Shown one piece after another: positions 7,872 to 17,695 of a stretch of 64,000 nt of DNA (the first letter of the stretch is position 1; each line of letters starts with the position of its first letter). The notes under the pieces are model-generated. The model saw only the letters and a program-made list of their open reading frames with translations. It did no database searches and had not been told where the DNA came from. The stretch spans positions 192,001 through 256,000 of the forward strand of contig CAXXGJ010000038.1 in assembly GCA_963677895.2 (NCBI GenBank), read 5' to 3'. Position numbers and translations under genes: made by a program. This stretch comes from Treponemataceae bacterium. Its GTDB lineage: Bacteria; Spirochaetota; Spirochaetia; Treponematales; Rectinemataceae.

Positions 7872-10418
7872 CTATAAAGCGTCAAATAGCTTGATTACTT
7901 TTTCTTCCTGCAATGTCAGGCTGCTTTTCCTTCGTATCGAGCAATGTTCCAATACTTTTTCCGCGTCCAGGGCGCTTGAAAAAAGTCTGATGATATTTCT
8001 GTCGCCGCCATGAGCGTCGTTCAGCGTAATCGCAATGGATCTCGTTGACGCATCGGTTGATACCGTCTCGTGAATGCTCGCCTCGGTCAGGGCATTTTCA
8101 AGCCGTCTATAGTTCTCGTCATTGTCTATACGCGCCTCGTACCGGGATCCCCAATATAAGGAACCTATTGAGTTTTTGCCTTCGATGCGGCTCTTGCCGA
8201 CGCGTACGTCGTTGACGACGATGCCTTTCGGCAGGCAGCTATTGAAAGCTTCGATAAACGCTCCGGAATCCGTGATTTCCAGCGAAGAATTAAGCCAGAC
8301 GGCCATTATGTCGTCATCCGATTCTACGCCCAGCGCCAAAGGCTGGCTGAATTCCATGCGAGGAAGCGGATTGAATCCTTCGGTGAAGCGAATCGGCAAA
8401 CCCAATATGAAAAAAGCTCGTGAATATATTCCAGATATTGAATGTAATGGATAAAATGAGGCATTCATCTCCTTCTTAAAGGAAACCACAAGGCGAATAT
8501 CTTCGCTGGAGGCTTTAAAAGTCTCCCCAACCGCGAATCCGCGCGTCGAGGGCAGAATTTCGGGAATTGTCGGCTTGGCCTCTGAAATAGATTGTTTTGG
8601 TTGTATAATATTGGATACTATATGAAAAGCGTCGTTGCAGGCTCCACAGGGATGATCGCAGTCGTCAGCGCAGGCGCCGGTCATCTCGCTCGAAAGCGAT
8701 TTACTGCTTTCCGTATTATAGTAATTGTTGCTGACGAATAGATTTATATCATCCCACGGGAGGCTGGATCCGGCCGGTTTGCCGTTAAGGTACTCAAGGG
8801 AAGGGTCGTAGCCTTTCGATTCCAGCGTTTCCGCGAAGACTTCCTTCCAAATATCTTTCTTGAAATGTTCGTCCCAAGCGTCCAGCCTGGCTCCTTTGGA
8901 GTAGGCGGAGAGGATGATCTCCCCCACCCTGTCGTCGCCTCTGGACAGGATTCCCTCCAGGAGAGCGGTGAAAGGGGAATGGTAGGTTATTGAGATGTAT
9001 TTAAAGGGCCTCAACGCGTCTTTAATATAATAGATGGTGTCCAGCGCTTCCTTTTCCCCGATTTGGGCTTCCCTGGCATAGGGAGTGTGGGGTTTGGGCA
9101 CGAAGGTTCCGATGTTGACGTTGAGGGCGATTCTTTCGACGTGGGCGATTTTCCGTAGAAACTCGACGATCGCCTCGCCCTCCCCCCTGCCCTTTCCCGG
9201 TACCGGCAATCCGATCATGAAATAGAATTTCGCAGACCTGAATCCATATTGTTTGGCTTCTTTCAGGATATCGGCGATCTTGTCGAAGCTGACTGTCTTG
9301 TTGATGGAAGCCTGCCATGACTCTATAGGCGTTTCCACGGCGAAGGTGAGACCTGATTTGCGTACTTCCGAAAGCTCTGCCAGCAGCGGCAAAGTGAAGG
9401 AATCCACCTTGAGGCTGGGTAGCTGGAAAGACACGAAGCGGCTCTTCCAAGCGGCATTGAGCCGCTTGAAAAGTCCCACTATATCGGGATAATCGCCGCT
9501 GGAAAGGGAGGAAAGGGTTATTTCCCTATAGCCGCCGCTTTCCACGAGAGCTTTCACTTCAGCCTCTATTTGCGCTGTAGATTTCACGCGCTGGGGCCTA
9601 TAGTAGTATCCAGCATGGCAGAATCTGCAGCCATTGGGGCATCCGCGCATGATTTCCACGGATCCGTGGCTCTGAATCGTTTGGATTATCGGGATGGGGA
9701 AAGCCGTGGAAGCCGTCGATGTCGAGAAATCGGCGAAAACGGCTCGTAAAGCCGGCTTGGATGCGTTCGCGGCGGTTTCCGGCATCCATATGGATTTTGA
9801 GGAGCGCAGGCGTTCAAGCAGCGCTTTCCGCTTGGCGCCATTTCGCTTTAGCCTCGCCAGCTCCTGAAGCAGGGTATAGAACCCGCCTTCCGCCTCACCA
9901 ATATAGACGGCATCCAGGAATCGGCTGAAAGGATGCGGGTTGGTGACGGCCGGGCCGCCGGCTATCACTATGGGATCGTTTTCGCCTCGGTCCTGGGAGA
10001 GAATGGGGATCTGGCCCACATCGAGCACGGTGAGGATGTTTGTGGCCAGAAGCTCATAACCGATGGAAAAGCCCAGGATGTCGCAGGCTCGCAGCGGTAT
10101 GCCGCTTTCAAGCGTGTAGAGGGGAATGCCTCGCTGCTTGAGCAACGCCTCGAAATCTGGGGCGGGCGCGAACACGCGTTCGCATACGATTTCGTCCGAA
10201 AGCTTGCCGATATCGTTATAGAGTATCCGAATCGCGTTGTTCGACATTCCGATCTCGTAGAGGTCGGGAAAGCAGAGCGCGACTCTTAGGCGCTCGTCGC
10301 TTGGCTCGATGCTTGGGTGAGAACCCAGCTCGCCGCCCAGATAGCGGGCCGGTTTCATTATTGAATAGAGTTCCGAATCGAAGTCTTTTATCGGATCGAC
10401 GAATCGTTCTGCTGTCAC
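7872..10418 (-). CDS. TIGR03960-type B12-binding radical SAM protein fused to a TIGR03936/DUF2344-type domain
   Basis: KPARYLGGE, FPDLYEIGMSN, CxxxCxxC (CPNGCRFC) and C-terminal FTEGFNPLPRMEFSQPLALGVES. Start moved to GTG 10418, overlapping the rodA stop; the longer ORF-track N-terminus lies inside rodA. Confidence 0.85.
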   Translation of the reverse strand: MTAERFVDPIKDFDSELYSIMKPARYLGGELGSHPSIEPSDERLRVALCFPDLYEIGMSNNAIRILYNDIGKLSDEIVCERVFAPAPDFEALLKQRGIPLYTLESGIPLRACDILGFSIGYELLATNILTVLDVGQIPILSQDRGENDPIVIAGGPAVTNPHPFSRFLDAVYIGEAEGGFYTLLQELARLKRNGAKRKALLERLRSSKSIWMPETAANASKPALRAVFADFSTSTASTAFPIPIIQTIQSHGSVEIMRGCPNGCRFCHAGYYYRPQRVKSTAQIEAEVKALVESGGYREITLSSLSSGDYPDIVGLFKRLNAAWKSRFVSFQLPSLKVDSFTLPLLAELSEVRKSGLTFAVETPIESWQASINKTVSFDKIADILKEAKQYGFRSAKFYFMIGLPVPGKGRGEGEAIVEFLRKIAHVERIALNVNIGTFVPKPHTPYAREAQIGEKEALDTIYYIKDALRPFKYISITYHSPFTALLEGILSRGDDRVGEIILSAYSKGARLDAWDEHFKKDIWKEVFAETLESKGYDPSLEYLNGKPAGSSLPWDDINLFVSNNYYNTESSKSLSSEMTGACADDCDHPCGACNDAFHIVSNIIQPKQSISEAKPTIPEILPSTRGFAVGETFKASSEDIRLVVSFKKEMNASFYPLHSISGIYSRAFFILGLPIRFTEGFNPLPRMEFSQPLALGVESDDDIMAVWLNSSLEITDSGAFIEAFNSCLPKGIVVNDVRVGKSRIEGKNSIGSLYWGSRYEARIDNDENYRRLENALTEASIHETVSTDASTRSIAITLNDAHGGDRNIIRLFSSALDAEKVLEHCSIRRKSSLTLQEEKVIKLFDAL

Positions 10419-11734
10419 ATTCTGTACCTTCGGGCGGATATCCCGAGAAGGAAACCGACGGCCGTCATGGCCGCCCATAGGGAAGATCCGCCATATGAGA
10501 TGAAATAAAGAGGAATGCCGGTGATGGGCATTATGCCGATGGCCATGCCGATGTTGATCATGAAATGGAAAAAGAACATTCCGAAGAAACCGCCGCAGAC
10601 GAGCATCGAGTACCTGTCTTTCGTGGTCTCTATCAGAGAGATGATTCGATACATGAGGGCGCCGAAAAGGCAAATCAGGATAATTCCGCCCAAGAGTCCC
10701 CATTCCTCCGCAATTATGGAAAAAATGAAGTCGGTGCTCTGCTGGGGAATAAAGCGCGCGTGACTCTGTGTCCCCTGCATATAGCCTTTTCCCGCCAATC
10801 CGCCGGAACCGATTGCCGTAACCGCCTGTATGATGTTCCATCCAGCGCCCTGAGGGTCCACGTTGGGGTTCAGAAAGACCATCAATCGCATTATCTGGTA
10901 TTCCTTGAGAACCTTATGCGCCGCGAAGGATATCAGGATGGAGAGGTCGAAAATGGCAAATATATAGGAAAGCCAGAAGTAATACTTTTTCTTGAAAACG
11001 AACCAGCCCCAGGACGCAAGTCCCAGGACGACGAAAAAGAAGCTTACGACCAATCTCACCAAGACTGTCCGCTGGAAAAAGAGGTCTATAAGATTGCCGG
11101 CATTGAAGAAGTACTTGCCCGCGAGGGGAAGTATGAGAAGGATAAAAGTGACCAGGATCGTAAGGACCAGGAAGAGCGTATATCGTATATCGATTTCCCC
11201 CATATACAGCATGGCGATGAGAATGGGGAAGAATACCAGCGCCGATCCGAAATCGGGCTGGGAAAGGATGAGGAGAACGGGAACGGCTATGATGCAGCCG
11301 CTGGTAAGGAGGCGCCTGAAACTGCTCATCTGTTCGGATGCGTCCAGATATCTGGCCAGAAAGAGGATGGTGGTGATTTTCGCGAATTCCGAGGGCTGAA
11401 TTCCGTTATCGCCGATGCCTATCCAGGAGCGGGCGCCATTGACTACCCTCCCGGCAAATCGGGTGTATACCAGTATAAGGCATAGAATGACATAGGCCAA
11501 AAAGGAATAATCCTTCAGCCGCGAAATATCGAGCCCCATGGCGATCAGGGCCAGCAAGGCCCCTGTGGCGGCCCATATTATCTGCTTCGAATATTCGTCC
11601 GAAAACCGGAAACCTTCCGTATCGACCCCGGCCGAGGCTATCGAAAGAATCCCGACGCCGATGAGGAGCAACGTAATAAGCAGAAGCAAGTAATCGATGT
11701 CCGAAAGGAATTTCGGTAGCTGGAAATGCTTCAT
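10415..11734 (-). CDS. rodA: Rod shape-determining SEDS protein RodA
   Basis: IQPSEFAK, QPDFGSA, AIGSGG, TDFIFSIIAEEWG, GIPLYFISYGGSS. ATG 11734 overlaps the mrdA stop. Confidence 0.95.
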   Translation of the reverse strand: MKHFQLPKFLSDIDYLLLLITLLLIGVGILSIASAGVDTEGFRFSDEYSKQIIWAATGALLALIAMGLDISRLKDYSFLAYVILCLILVYTRFAGRVVNGARSWIGIGDNGIQPSEFAKITTILFLARYLDASEQMSSFRRLLTSGCIIAVPVLLILSQPDFGSALVFFPILIAMLYMGEIDIRYTLFLVLTILVTFILLILPLAGKYFFNAGNLIDLFFQRTVLVRLVVSFFFVVLGLASWGWFVFKKKYYFWLSYIFAIFDLSILISFAAHKVLKEYQIMRLMVFLNPNVDPQGAGWNIIQAVTAIGSGGLAGKGYMQGTQSHARFIPQQSTDFIFSIIAEEWGLLGGIILICLFGALMYRIISLIETTKDRYSMLVCGGFFGMFFFHFMINIGMAIGIMPITGIPLYFISYGGSSLWAAMTAVGFLLGISARRYRM

Positions 11735-13596
11735 TCGGCCCTCCCCCTTCGCAGCGAGCCTTGAAGGTTCACTCCAACGGACTTGGCTGCGGATTCCGCA
11801 TCCTGACCGCTGAAAACACCCTGATAAATGACATTGGCCGCATAGGGAGCCCACCATTCCCAAGGGTTGCTTGCTTCTATCATGGTAACGACAATTATCT
11901 GGTCCTCCGGAGGAGCGTCATAGGGGCCATACGACGCGAACCATGAGTGCCATCGATCCTTCAGGCCAATTTCCGCCGTGCCGGTCTTGCCGGCCACCTT
12001 TACCGCTTTGGTTGAAACGGGAACATTGGCCGAGCCGCCCGCGGTGACGACGCCGCGAAGATCTCTCCGGACTTGCTCGAAGGTAGCCTTGCTTATGGAA
12101 GCGCTCATGATCTGTTCGCGCTCGACGGACTGAATGATGGCTCCCGTCTCGGGATCGCGAATCTCCTTCAGAACGTGAGGCTTATAGACTATTCCGTCGT
12201 TCACGATCATGGCGATCATATCGGCCACCTGAATCGGCGTCGCCAGCATGAACCCTTGGCCGATGGATAAGTTCATGGTATCGCCCAGCGTCCATCGTTC
12301 ATTGTAATTTTGTTCTTTCCACTTTGGGGTAGGCACCAATCCGGAGTTTTCTCCGGGAAGGTCGATGCCTGTGAGTTTTCCATAGCCAAAATCCCCGGCA
12401 TAGCTGGCGATTTTCTCCACGCCGAGGTTGTCTCTTCCAACCGTCCAGTAGTAAATATCGCAGGATTGCGCAAGGGCTCCCTTCAAATCCACAAGTCCAT
12501 GTCCAGGACTATGTACCCAGCAGTTCCAGTCCCTCCCGCCGTAATCGATGACGCCACGGCAGAGAATCTTCTGGTCCGGCGAAATGACTTTCTCCTCGAG
12601 CAAGGCGGTCGTGAGAACGGTTTTAAACGTCGAAGCCGGCGGATACGAAGACTGGATAGCCCTGTTCAGTAAAGGATTGTTGGGATCGGCAAGAAGTTCC
12701 GCGTATTCATCGCCCGCCCTGTTAGAGGAAAATATATTGGGATCATACCAGGGATAGGACACGCTGGCCAAAATCTCGCCGGTGGTCGGTTTCATCACGA
12801 CGATCGATCCCATTCTCTTTCCCAAGGCTTTTTCCGCCAGCTGCTGTATTGAGCGGTCGATGGTGAGCACGAGCCGCTTGCCTGCCTTGGGTGTTTCCAC
12901 TTTGGTCTGTTCGGCCGCCAGGTCTCTGCCTTTTACGTCTACGGTCTTGAGGAGATGTCCGTCGGTTCCTTTCAGGATCGAGTCGTAGACTTTTTCAATT
13001 CCCGCTTTTCCAACCATATCGTCCGATGAATACCCCTTGTTGAAAAGTATCTTGTACTCATCCCTTCCGATCTCTCCGACGTAGCCCAAAACATGCGCTA
13101 GGGATTCCACGTCCAGATATCGTCTGATGGGTCTTGAGTTCCAGTAAACTCCGGGGAAATCTTCCTTGTGCTCGGCGAGCTTGGCGATGGTGGCATAGCT
13201 GGCCGAGGATGTGATCGCTATAGGCTGGTAGAGATGATAGTATTTCGGCGGTATTTTATTTCGCAGGTCGCTTATTTTCATGTCCAGAAGTTCCGCTACG
13301 CGCGCGAAGATAAGATCCCTGTCCGCGTTGGATATTTCCGCGGGTATGATTTCCACGGAAAATGCTTCGTCGTTGGTGACGAGGGGGACGGCATTGGTCC
13401 TGTCGTAGATTTCCCCTCTCGCGGCAGGTATCTTCACGGCCTGAATGGCGTATTTTCGCGCCTGAGCCTTGAATTCCGCTCCGCGAAGGATCTGGAGATT
13501 AAAAAGATAAACGACATATACAGAACAGATCAGGCCAAGAAGAATTCTGAGAAGTTTTGTCCTGTCGGCCCACCGCTGCTGGGAATTGCCCATCAT
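11731..13596 (-). CDS. mrdA: Penicillin-binding protein 2
   Basis: ARGEIYDR, STFK (SxxK), SCD (SxN variant) and KTGT motifs; lies between mreD and rodA. Confidence 0.95.
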   Translation of the reverse strand: MMGNSQQRWADRTKLLRILLGLICSVYVVYLFNLQILRGAEFKAQARKYAIQAVKIPAARGEIYDRTNAVPLVTNDEAFSVEIIPAEISNADRDLIFARVAELLDMKISDLRNKIPPKYYHLYQPIAITSSASYATIAKLAEHKEDFPGVYWNSRPIRRYLDVESLAHVLGYVGEIGRDEYKILFNKGYSSDDMVGKAGIEKVYDSILKGTDGHLLKTVDVKGRDLAAEQTKVETPKAGKRLVLTIDRSIQQLAEKALGKRMGSIVVMKPTTGEILASVSYPWYDPNIFSSNRAGDEYAELLADPNNPLLNRAIQSSYPPASTFKTVLTTALLEEKVISPDQKILCRGVIDYGGRDWNCWVHSPGHGLVDLKGALAQSCDIYYWTVGRDNLGVEKIASYAGDFGYGKLTGIDLPGENSGLVPTPKWKEQNYNERWTLGDTMNLSIGQGFMLATPIQVADMIAMIVNDGIVYKPHVLKEIRDPETGAIIQSVEREQIMSASISKATFEQVRRDLRGVVTAGGSANVPVSTKAVKVAGKTGTAEIGLKDRWHSWFASYGPYDAPPEDQIIVVTMIEASNPWEWWAPYAANVIYQGVFSGQDAESAAKSVGVNLQGSLRRGRAE

Positions 13597-13636
13597 CCAA
13601 CCTCGGAGCGGAAAGCCGCGTACCTGCCGCCTTTCC

Positions 13637-14146
13637 TCATTCGGTGACCTTTTTAGTGACGAGAAGTCGCCTTATCTTGCCCAATCCGAAAAAAAGCAAG
13701 GGCGCCAGGGCGCCGTTCAGAGTCGCTTCGATCCAGAAATGATAGTCCGACAAGGAATAAGCGCTCATATATTCCGGTCCGTAGATGAGGAGAAGAAAAA
13801 TGCTCGCCAGCCCTTTAAGTATTGTTCCGGCGAAGCCTAAAAGCACAGGAATGAAGAAGGCGTCCATGGTCACTACTTTCCTGAAAAAGGTAGCGGCATA
13901 AGCGGGGATGATATAGAGAAAGGAAAAATATCCGAGCGGTGAGGAGGATAGGAAATCGCAGATGATACCCGAAAGAAATCCGGTAATCACTCCCTGGCTG
14001 TTTCTGTTGTAGTAGGCGACCCATAGGATGACAAGAAGGCAAAAATCGGGAATCACACCCCAGAAAAGGCCGTTTTTCATCCACGTCGTCTGGATGATGA
14101 GAAAAACCGAAGACAATACCGTGGAAAACATGGCGGCTTTAATCAT
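13637..14146 (-). CDS. mreD: Rod shape-determining protein MreD
   Basis: Small polytopic membrane protein with a PD...G..G...D pattern; lies between mreC and mrdA. Confidence 0.88.
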   Translation of the reverse strand: MIKAAMFSTVLSSVFLIIQTTWMKNGLFWGVIPDFCLLVILWVAYYNRNSQGVITGFLSGIICDFLSSSPLGYFSFLYIIPAYAATFFRKVVTMDAFFIPVLLGFAGTILKGLASIFLLLIYGPEYMSAYSLSDYHFWIEATLNGALAPLLFFGLGKIRRLLVTKKVTE

Positions 14147-15045
14147 TTTTCTTCTCTTGCCGGCGATTCCGCGGTTGTCGCCGCATCCGGGGAGGACAGG
14201 TTTTCTTCTTTCTGGATCACGAAGAGATATTCCAGCCTGGAAAAATTAAGGGAAGGCTCCAGCAAAATGATCGCCGAGCTGCTGTATTCGGGCAGCTGGA
14301 TTTCCTTAACCCTTCCTATGGCTAAGTCGCTCGGATAAATCGAGTCCAGGCCGCTCGTCACCACCATATCGCCAATCTGAATTTCCGCCGCGTTAAGTTT
14401 GGAAACATAGCGCATGACGAGAGGATCATCGGGGTTGCCTTGTCCATTCACCAGTCCTTCGTTGCGCGTTCTCGACAAGCGGGCGGAAACGAAGAAACGC
14501 TGGTCGAATACGGGAAGGACGACGCTGGATGTTCTCCTCGCGTCGAGTATTTTCCCCGCCAGTCCCTGCATACCGTTCTGGAAAGCGGCCACGGCCATGT
14601 TTTTCGTTATGCCGGCAGCGCTGCCCTTGTCGATGATATAACTTGTGTAGATATTGCCCGGATCTTTGGCGATGATCTGTGCCGAAGCTTTGATGGTGGT
14701 CATGTTCTGGGCAAATCCCAGCTGTTCCTTCAGTCTCGCGTTTTCCGACATCATATCGGCGAAATTTCTCTGCAGCGTTTCGTACGCTTTGAGCTTGTCC
14801 GCGAGGGAGTTGTACTGGTCGCGTAAATCCGCCAGTTCGCTTATGGAAAATATCGTGCGCTTTACGAAGCCGCCTACCGATGAGAAGACATACTGAATCC
14901 CGCCAGTCACCGCGGATGCGACCACGCCGGGAAGGCTGAGGATGCTTCTCGTCGATATCGAAATCATGAGCAGGGACACAGCGATGAGAATGATAGGAGT
15001 TTTTTGCGTCGCCAAAATGCCGCGGCTACGCTTTTTCTGCGGCAT
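14143..15045 (-). CDS. mreC: Rod shape-determining protein MreC
   Basis: TM helix plus coiled coil (ENARLKEQL), IIDKGS, VVTSGLDSIYP. Confidence 0.93.
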   Translation of the reverse strand: MPQKKRSRGILATQKTPIILIAVSLLMISISTRSILSLPGVVASAVTGGIQYVFSSVGGFVKRTIFSISELADLRDQYNSLADKLKAYETLQRNFADMMSENARLKEQLGFAQNMTTIKASAQIIAKDPGNIYTSYIIDKGSAAGITKNMAVAAFQNGMQGLAGKILDARRTSSVVLPVFDQRFFVSARLSRTRNEGLVNGQGNPDDPLVMRYVSKLNAAEIQIGDMVVTSGLDSIYPSDLAIGRVKEIQLPEYSSSAIILLEPSLNFSRLEYLFVIQKEENLSSPDAATTAESPAREEK

Positions 15046-15056
15046 CGGCCTGTCTC

Positions 15057-16100
15057 CTAAAGATTAAGGCTCTCATACACGCTTTCGGCGCCTTCCCTGC
15101 TGTTCATGGTCTCGAAATATTTGCCCGCGCCGATAGCCACGCACTCCAGCGGTTTTTCCGCGAGAATCACCGGTACGCCGGTTTCCTTGGCTATCAGCTT
15201 GGGGAGGCCTTTCAGCAGCGCGCCTCCGCCCGACATCACGATACCGCGTTCTACGATGTCGGCGGCCAGTTCGGGGGGAGTCTCGCTCAAGGTTTTCTTG
15301 ACTTCCTCGACGATAAGGGAGATGGAGGGCATGAGAGCCTCGCGGATCTCCACGGAATCCACTTCAAATCGACGAGGAAGGCCGGTGATGGCGTCGTTTC
15401 CCTTGATCTCCACCTTTTCGATGGTCCTCTCGGGACTCGCGTTGCCAATTTCCATCTTCAGCCGCTCGGCTGTCTGATCGCCTATGATAAGGTTATGGAC
15501 ATTCCTGATATGGCGCATTATCGCTTCATCGAACTCATCGCCGCCGACCCTGATCGCCCTGGTTACTACCATGCCTTTCAGGGAAATGACAGAGATCTCC
15601 GTCGTGCCGCCGCCGATATCGCAGATCATATGCCCGGCCGGCTCGACAATCGGAATGCCTGCGCCGATGGCGGCGGCAAGCGATTCGGGGATTACCTTAA
15701 CCGTCCTGGCCCCGGCCTTGTATGCCGAATCGATGACGGCGTTCTCCTCGACTTTGGTGATGCAGGAAGGAACGCCTATGACAATTCTCGGCTTGAAAAA
15801 CCAATTCTTCGGAACGACTTTCTGGATGAAATATTTGATCATTTTTTCGGTGAGGTCGGGGTCTGCTATCACGCCGTCACGCAGCGGTCTTTTGGCGATG
15901 ATATCTCTGGGCGTGCGCGACAGCATGCCTTTCGCCTCCGTGCCTACCGCTACCAGGCGGCTGGTTCCCTTCTCCACGGCGACGACGGAAGGCTCATCCA
16001 GGACGATTCCCTTCCCGCGAATATATATAAGGGTGTTGCAGGTACCCAGATCTATTCCGATGTCTTGCGAAAAGGATTCAAATAATTTCTTTACCGCCAT
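15057..16100 (-). CDS. mreB: Rod shape-determining actin homolog MreB
   Basis: IGIDLGTCNT, DIGGGTTE, SGGGALL; SD GGGAGG upstream (alternative start 16103). Confidence 0.97.
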   Translation of the reverse strand: MAVKKLFESFSQDIGIDLGTCNTLIYIRGKGIVLDEPSVVAVEKGTSRLVAVGTEAKGMLSRTPRDIIAKRPLRDGVIADPDLTEKMIKYFIQKVVPKNWFFKPRIVIGVPSCITKVEENAVIDSAYKAGARTVKVIPESLAAAIGAGIPIVEPAGHMICDIGGGTTEISVISLKGMVVTRAIRVGGDEFDEAIMRHIRNVHNLIIGDQTAERLKMEIGNASPERTIEKVEIKGNDAITGLPRRFEVDSVEIREALMPSISLIVEEVKKTLSETPPELAADIVERGIVMSGGGALLKGLPKLIAKETGVPVILAEKPLECVAIGAGKYFETMNSREGAESVYESLNL

Positions 16101-16109
16101 CATTCCTCC

Positions 16110-17084
16110 CTATAGTCGCTCGGCAAGCTTCTTCCTCGCCTCAACATGATTCGGATCGATCGAGGTGGCCTTGCGCCAGGCGGCACGGGCCTTGATCGGG
16201 TCCTTTTGGGCTTCAAATACGAGCCCGAGCCTGTACCATCCTTCCGCGGAGCGGGGATCGGTATCGACGATCGATTGATACAATGTTCCAGCCTTGGCAA
16301 CCTCGCCGTCGCTCATGGCCATCTCGCCGAGCATAAAACGCGCGCGCTGAACTATCAAGGCATCGGAGGCGGAGGCGACTGCCTTGGACAGCAATTCCGA
16401 CATCTTCTCCACATTGCCTAATTCTTTATAGCTTATAGCTGCCGATAGCATCAATATATCGCTCGGCTCCTGCTGGAGCGCCGTTTCAAAATGCTTCACG
16501 GCCAATTCGTGATTCTGGAGCCCTGCGTAGCTCAATCCGAGATACTGCTCCGAATCCTTGCCCGCATATCCATCTTCTTTGGATTGGGCGAGGTATTTTG
16601 CGGCCAAGTCGTACCAAGGCAATCCCTTCTGGAAATACGCTTTGCCCAGGACATATTCCACCTGGGCTTTGACCGGGAGCTTTCCGCCCGAGGCCATTGC
16701 TTTTCTCAGGCTGAACACTGCTTCATCGAGCAGGCTTTGTTTCTCGTCGCCCTCCGGCTTCTCCGAGGACATATAGTATGCCGCTATACCGTCAAAACTC
16801 AGGTAAAATGGGTCGAGGGGAAGCAAGTCCAGGGAAGCGCGGGTCATTTCCAAAGTATGAAGCTTGTCGCCCGAACTCCAGGTTTCCAGGATCTTGGTTT
16901 TTGAAAAGGATTGGCTATCGCTTAGGTTGGCCGCCTTTTTATCTTCGGCGCCGGAAACCAGGAAATAGATCCCGGCGATCAGGCCAAGGGCGACAATAAT
17001 GGCTATAACGCCCGGAATCAGTCGGTTTCCGTGACCGATCATAAATTTTCTAGACCACCAGGAAGGGTGTGTACTGTTTTTCAT
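16110..17084 (-). CDS. Membrane-anchored TPR protein
   Basis: One TM helix followed by several TPR motifs (AEGWYRLGLVFE). Start set at ATG 17084; the ORF-track extension runs into rnpB. Confidence 0.75.
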   Translation of the reverse strand: MKNSTHPSWWSRKFMIGHGNRLIPGVIAIIVALGLIAGIYFLVSGAEDKKAANLSDSQSFSKTKILETWSSGDKLHTLEMTRASLDLLPLDPFYLSFDGIAAYYMSSEKPEGDEKQSLLDEAVFSLRKAMASGGKLPVKAQVEYVLGKAYFQKGLPWYDLAAKYLAQSKEDGYAGKDSEQYLGLSYAGLQNHELAVKHFETALQQEPSDILMLSAAISYKELGNVEKMSELLSKAVASASDALIVQRARFMLGEMAMSDGEVAKAGTLYQSIVDTDPRSAEGWYRLGLVFEAQKDPIKARAAWRKATSIDPNHVEARKKLAERL

Positions 17085-17216
17085 ATAAGGCAAACCCCAG
17101 ATAAGCCGTACTGTCTCAAAACAACTATGTGGACCGCGATAGTATAATGTAAGATTCCCGTCCGATGAAAGATCGAACAAGCTGATTGATCGTCGAAATG
17201 CGAAAAAATAAAAAAA

Positions 17217-17647
17217 GAGCGAGCCTATAAGCCGGGTTCTGTGCGCGGGAAATCCCGCGTCGCTGCCATCCCTCTGCATCCAGCGTCACCGCTCGATGTC
17301 GAGCGACCAACCCGCGGTTTCGACGCGCATTCGCGCGTCAGGATGGGCCATCCACCGCTGTTCGGCCTTGCTCACGATGAGGTTTGCCATGCCATGTCCG
17401 TTGCCGGACACGCGGTGGGCTCTTACCCCACCTTTTCACCCTTACCATTGCTGGCGGTTTATTTTCTGTGGCACTCTCTGTCCGGCAACAGCCTTGAAAC
17501 CATGCCCCTAACGTTCGGCTCGCGCCCAGCATGAGGGGCATGGCATCGGTCCGTCACCGTCCCGGACGTTATCCGGCATCGCGCCCGCTTGAGCCCGGAC
17601 TTTCCTCGACGTATCTTTCGACGCGTCGCGGCAGCGCGGCTCGCTCC
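17217..17647 (-). ncRNA. rnpB: RNase P RNA (bacterial type A)
   Basis: Minus strand has GAGGAAAGTCCGGGCTC, AGTGCCACAGAAAA, GGTGAAA..GGTAAGAGC, GGCAAACC..GAGCAAGGCC and ACAGAACCCGGCTTAT. 5' GAGCGAGCC pairs with 3' GGCTCGCTC (P1), followed by a T-run. Confidence 0.97.
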
Positions 17648-17695
17648 TATTATTCACAACAATCAGAACGCATAAAAGGATAAGCTTTTTTTACT

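Noticed and set aside
10419..10841. 141-aa N-terminal extension of the 989-aa radical SAM ORF
   Set aside because: It lies in an alternative frame inside rodA; family-like sequence begins after GTG 10418.
17241..17541. Several small ORFs over the rnpB locus
   Set aside because: They overlap the RNase P RNA gene and show no protein motifs.
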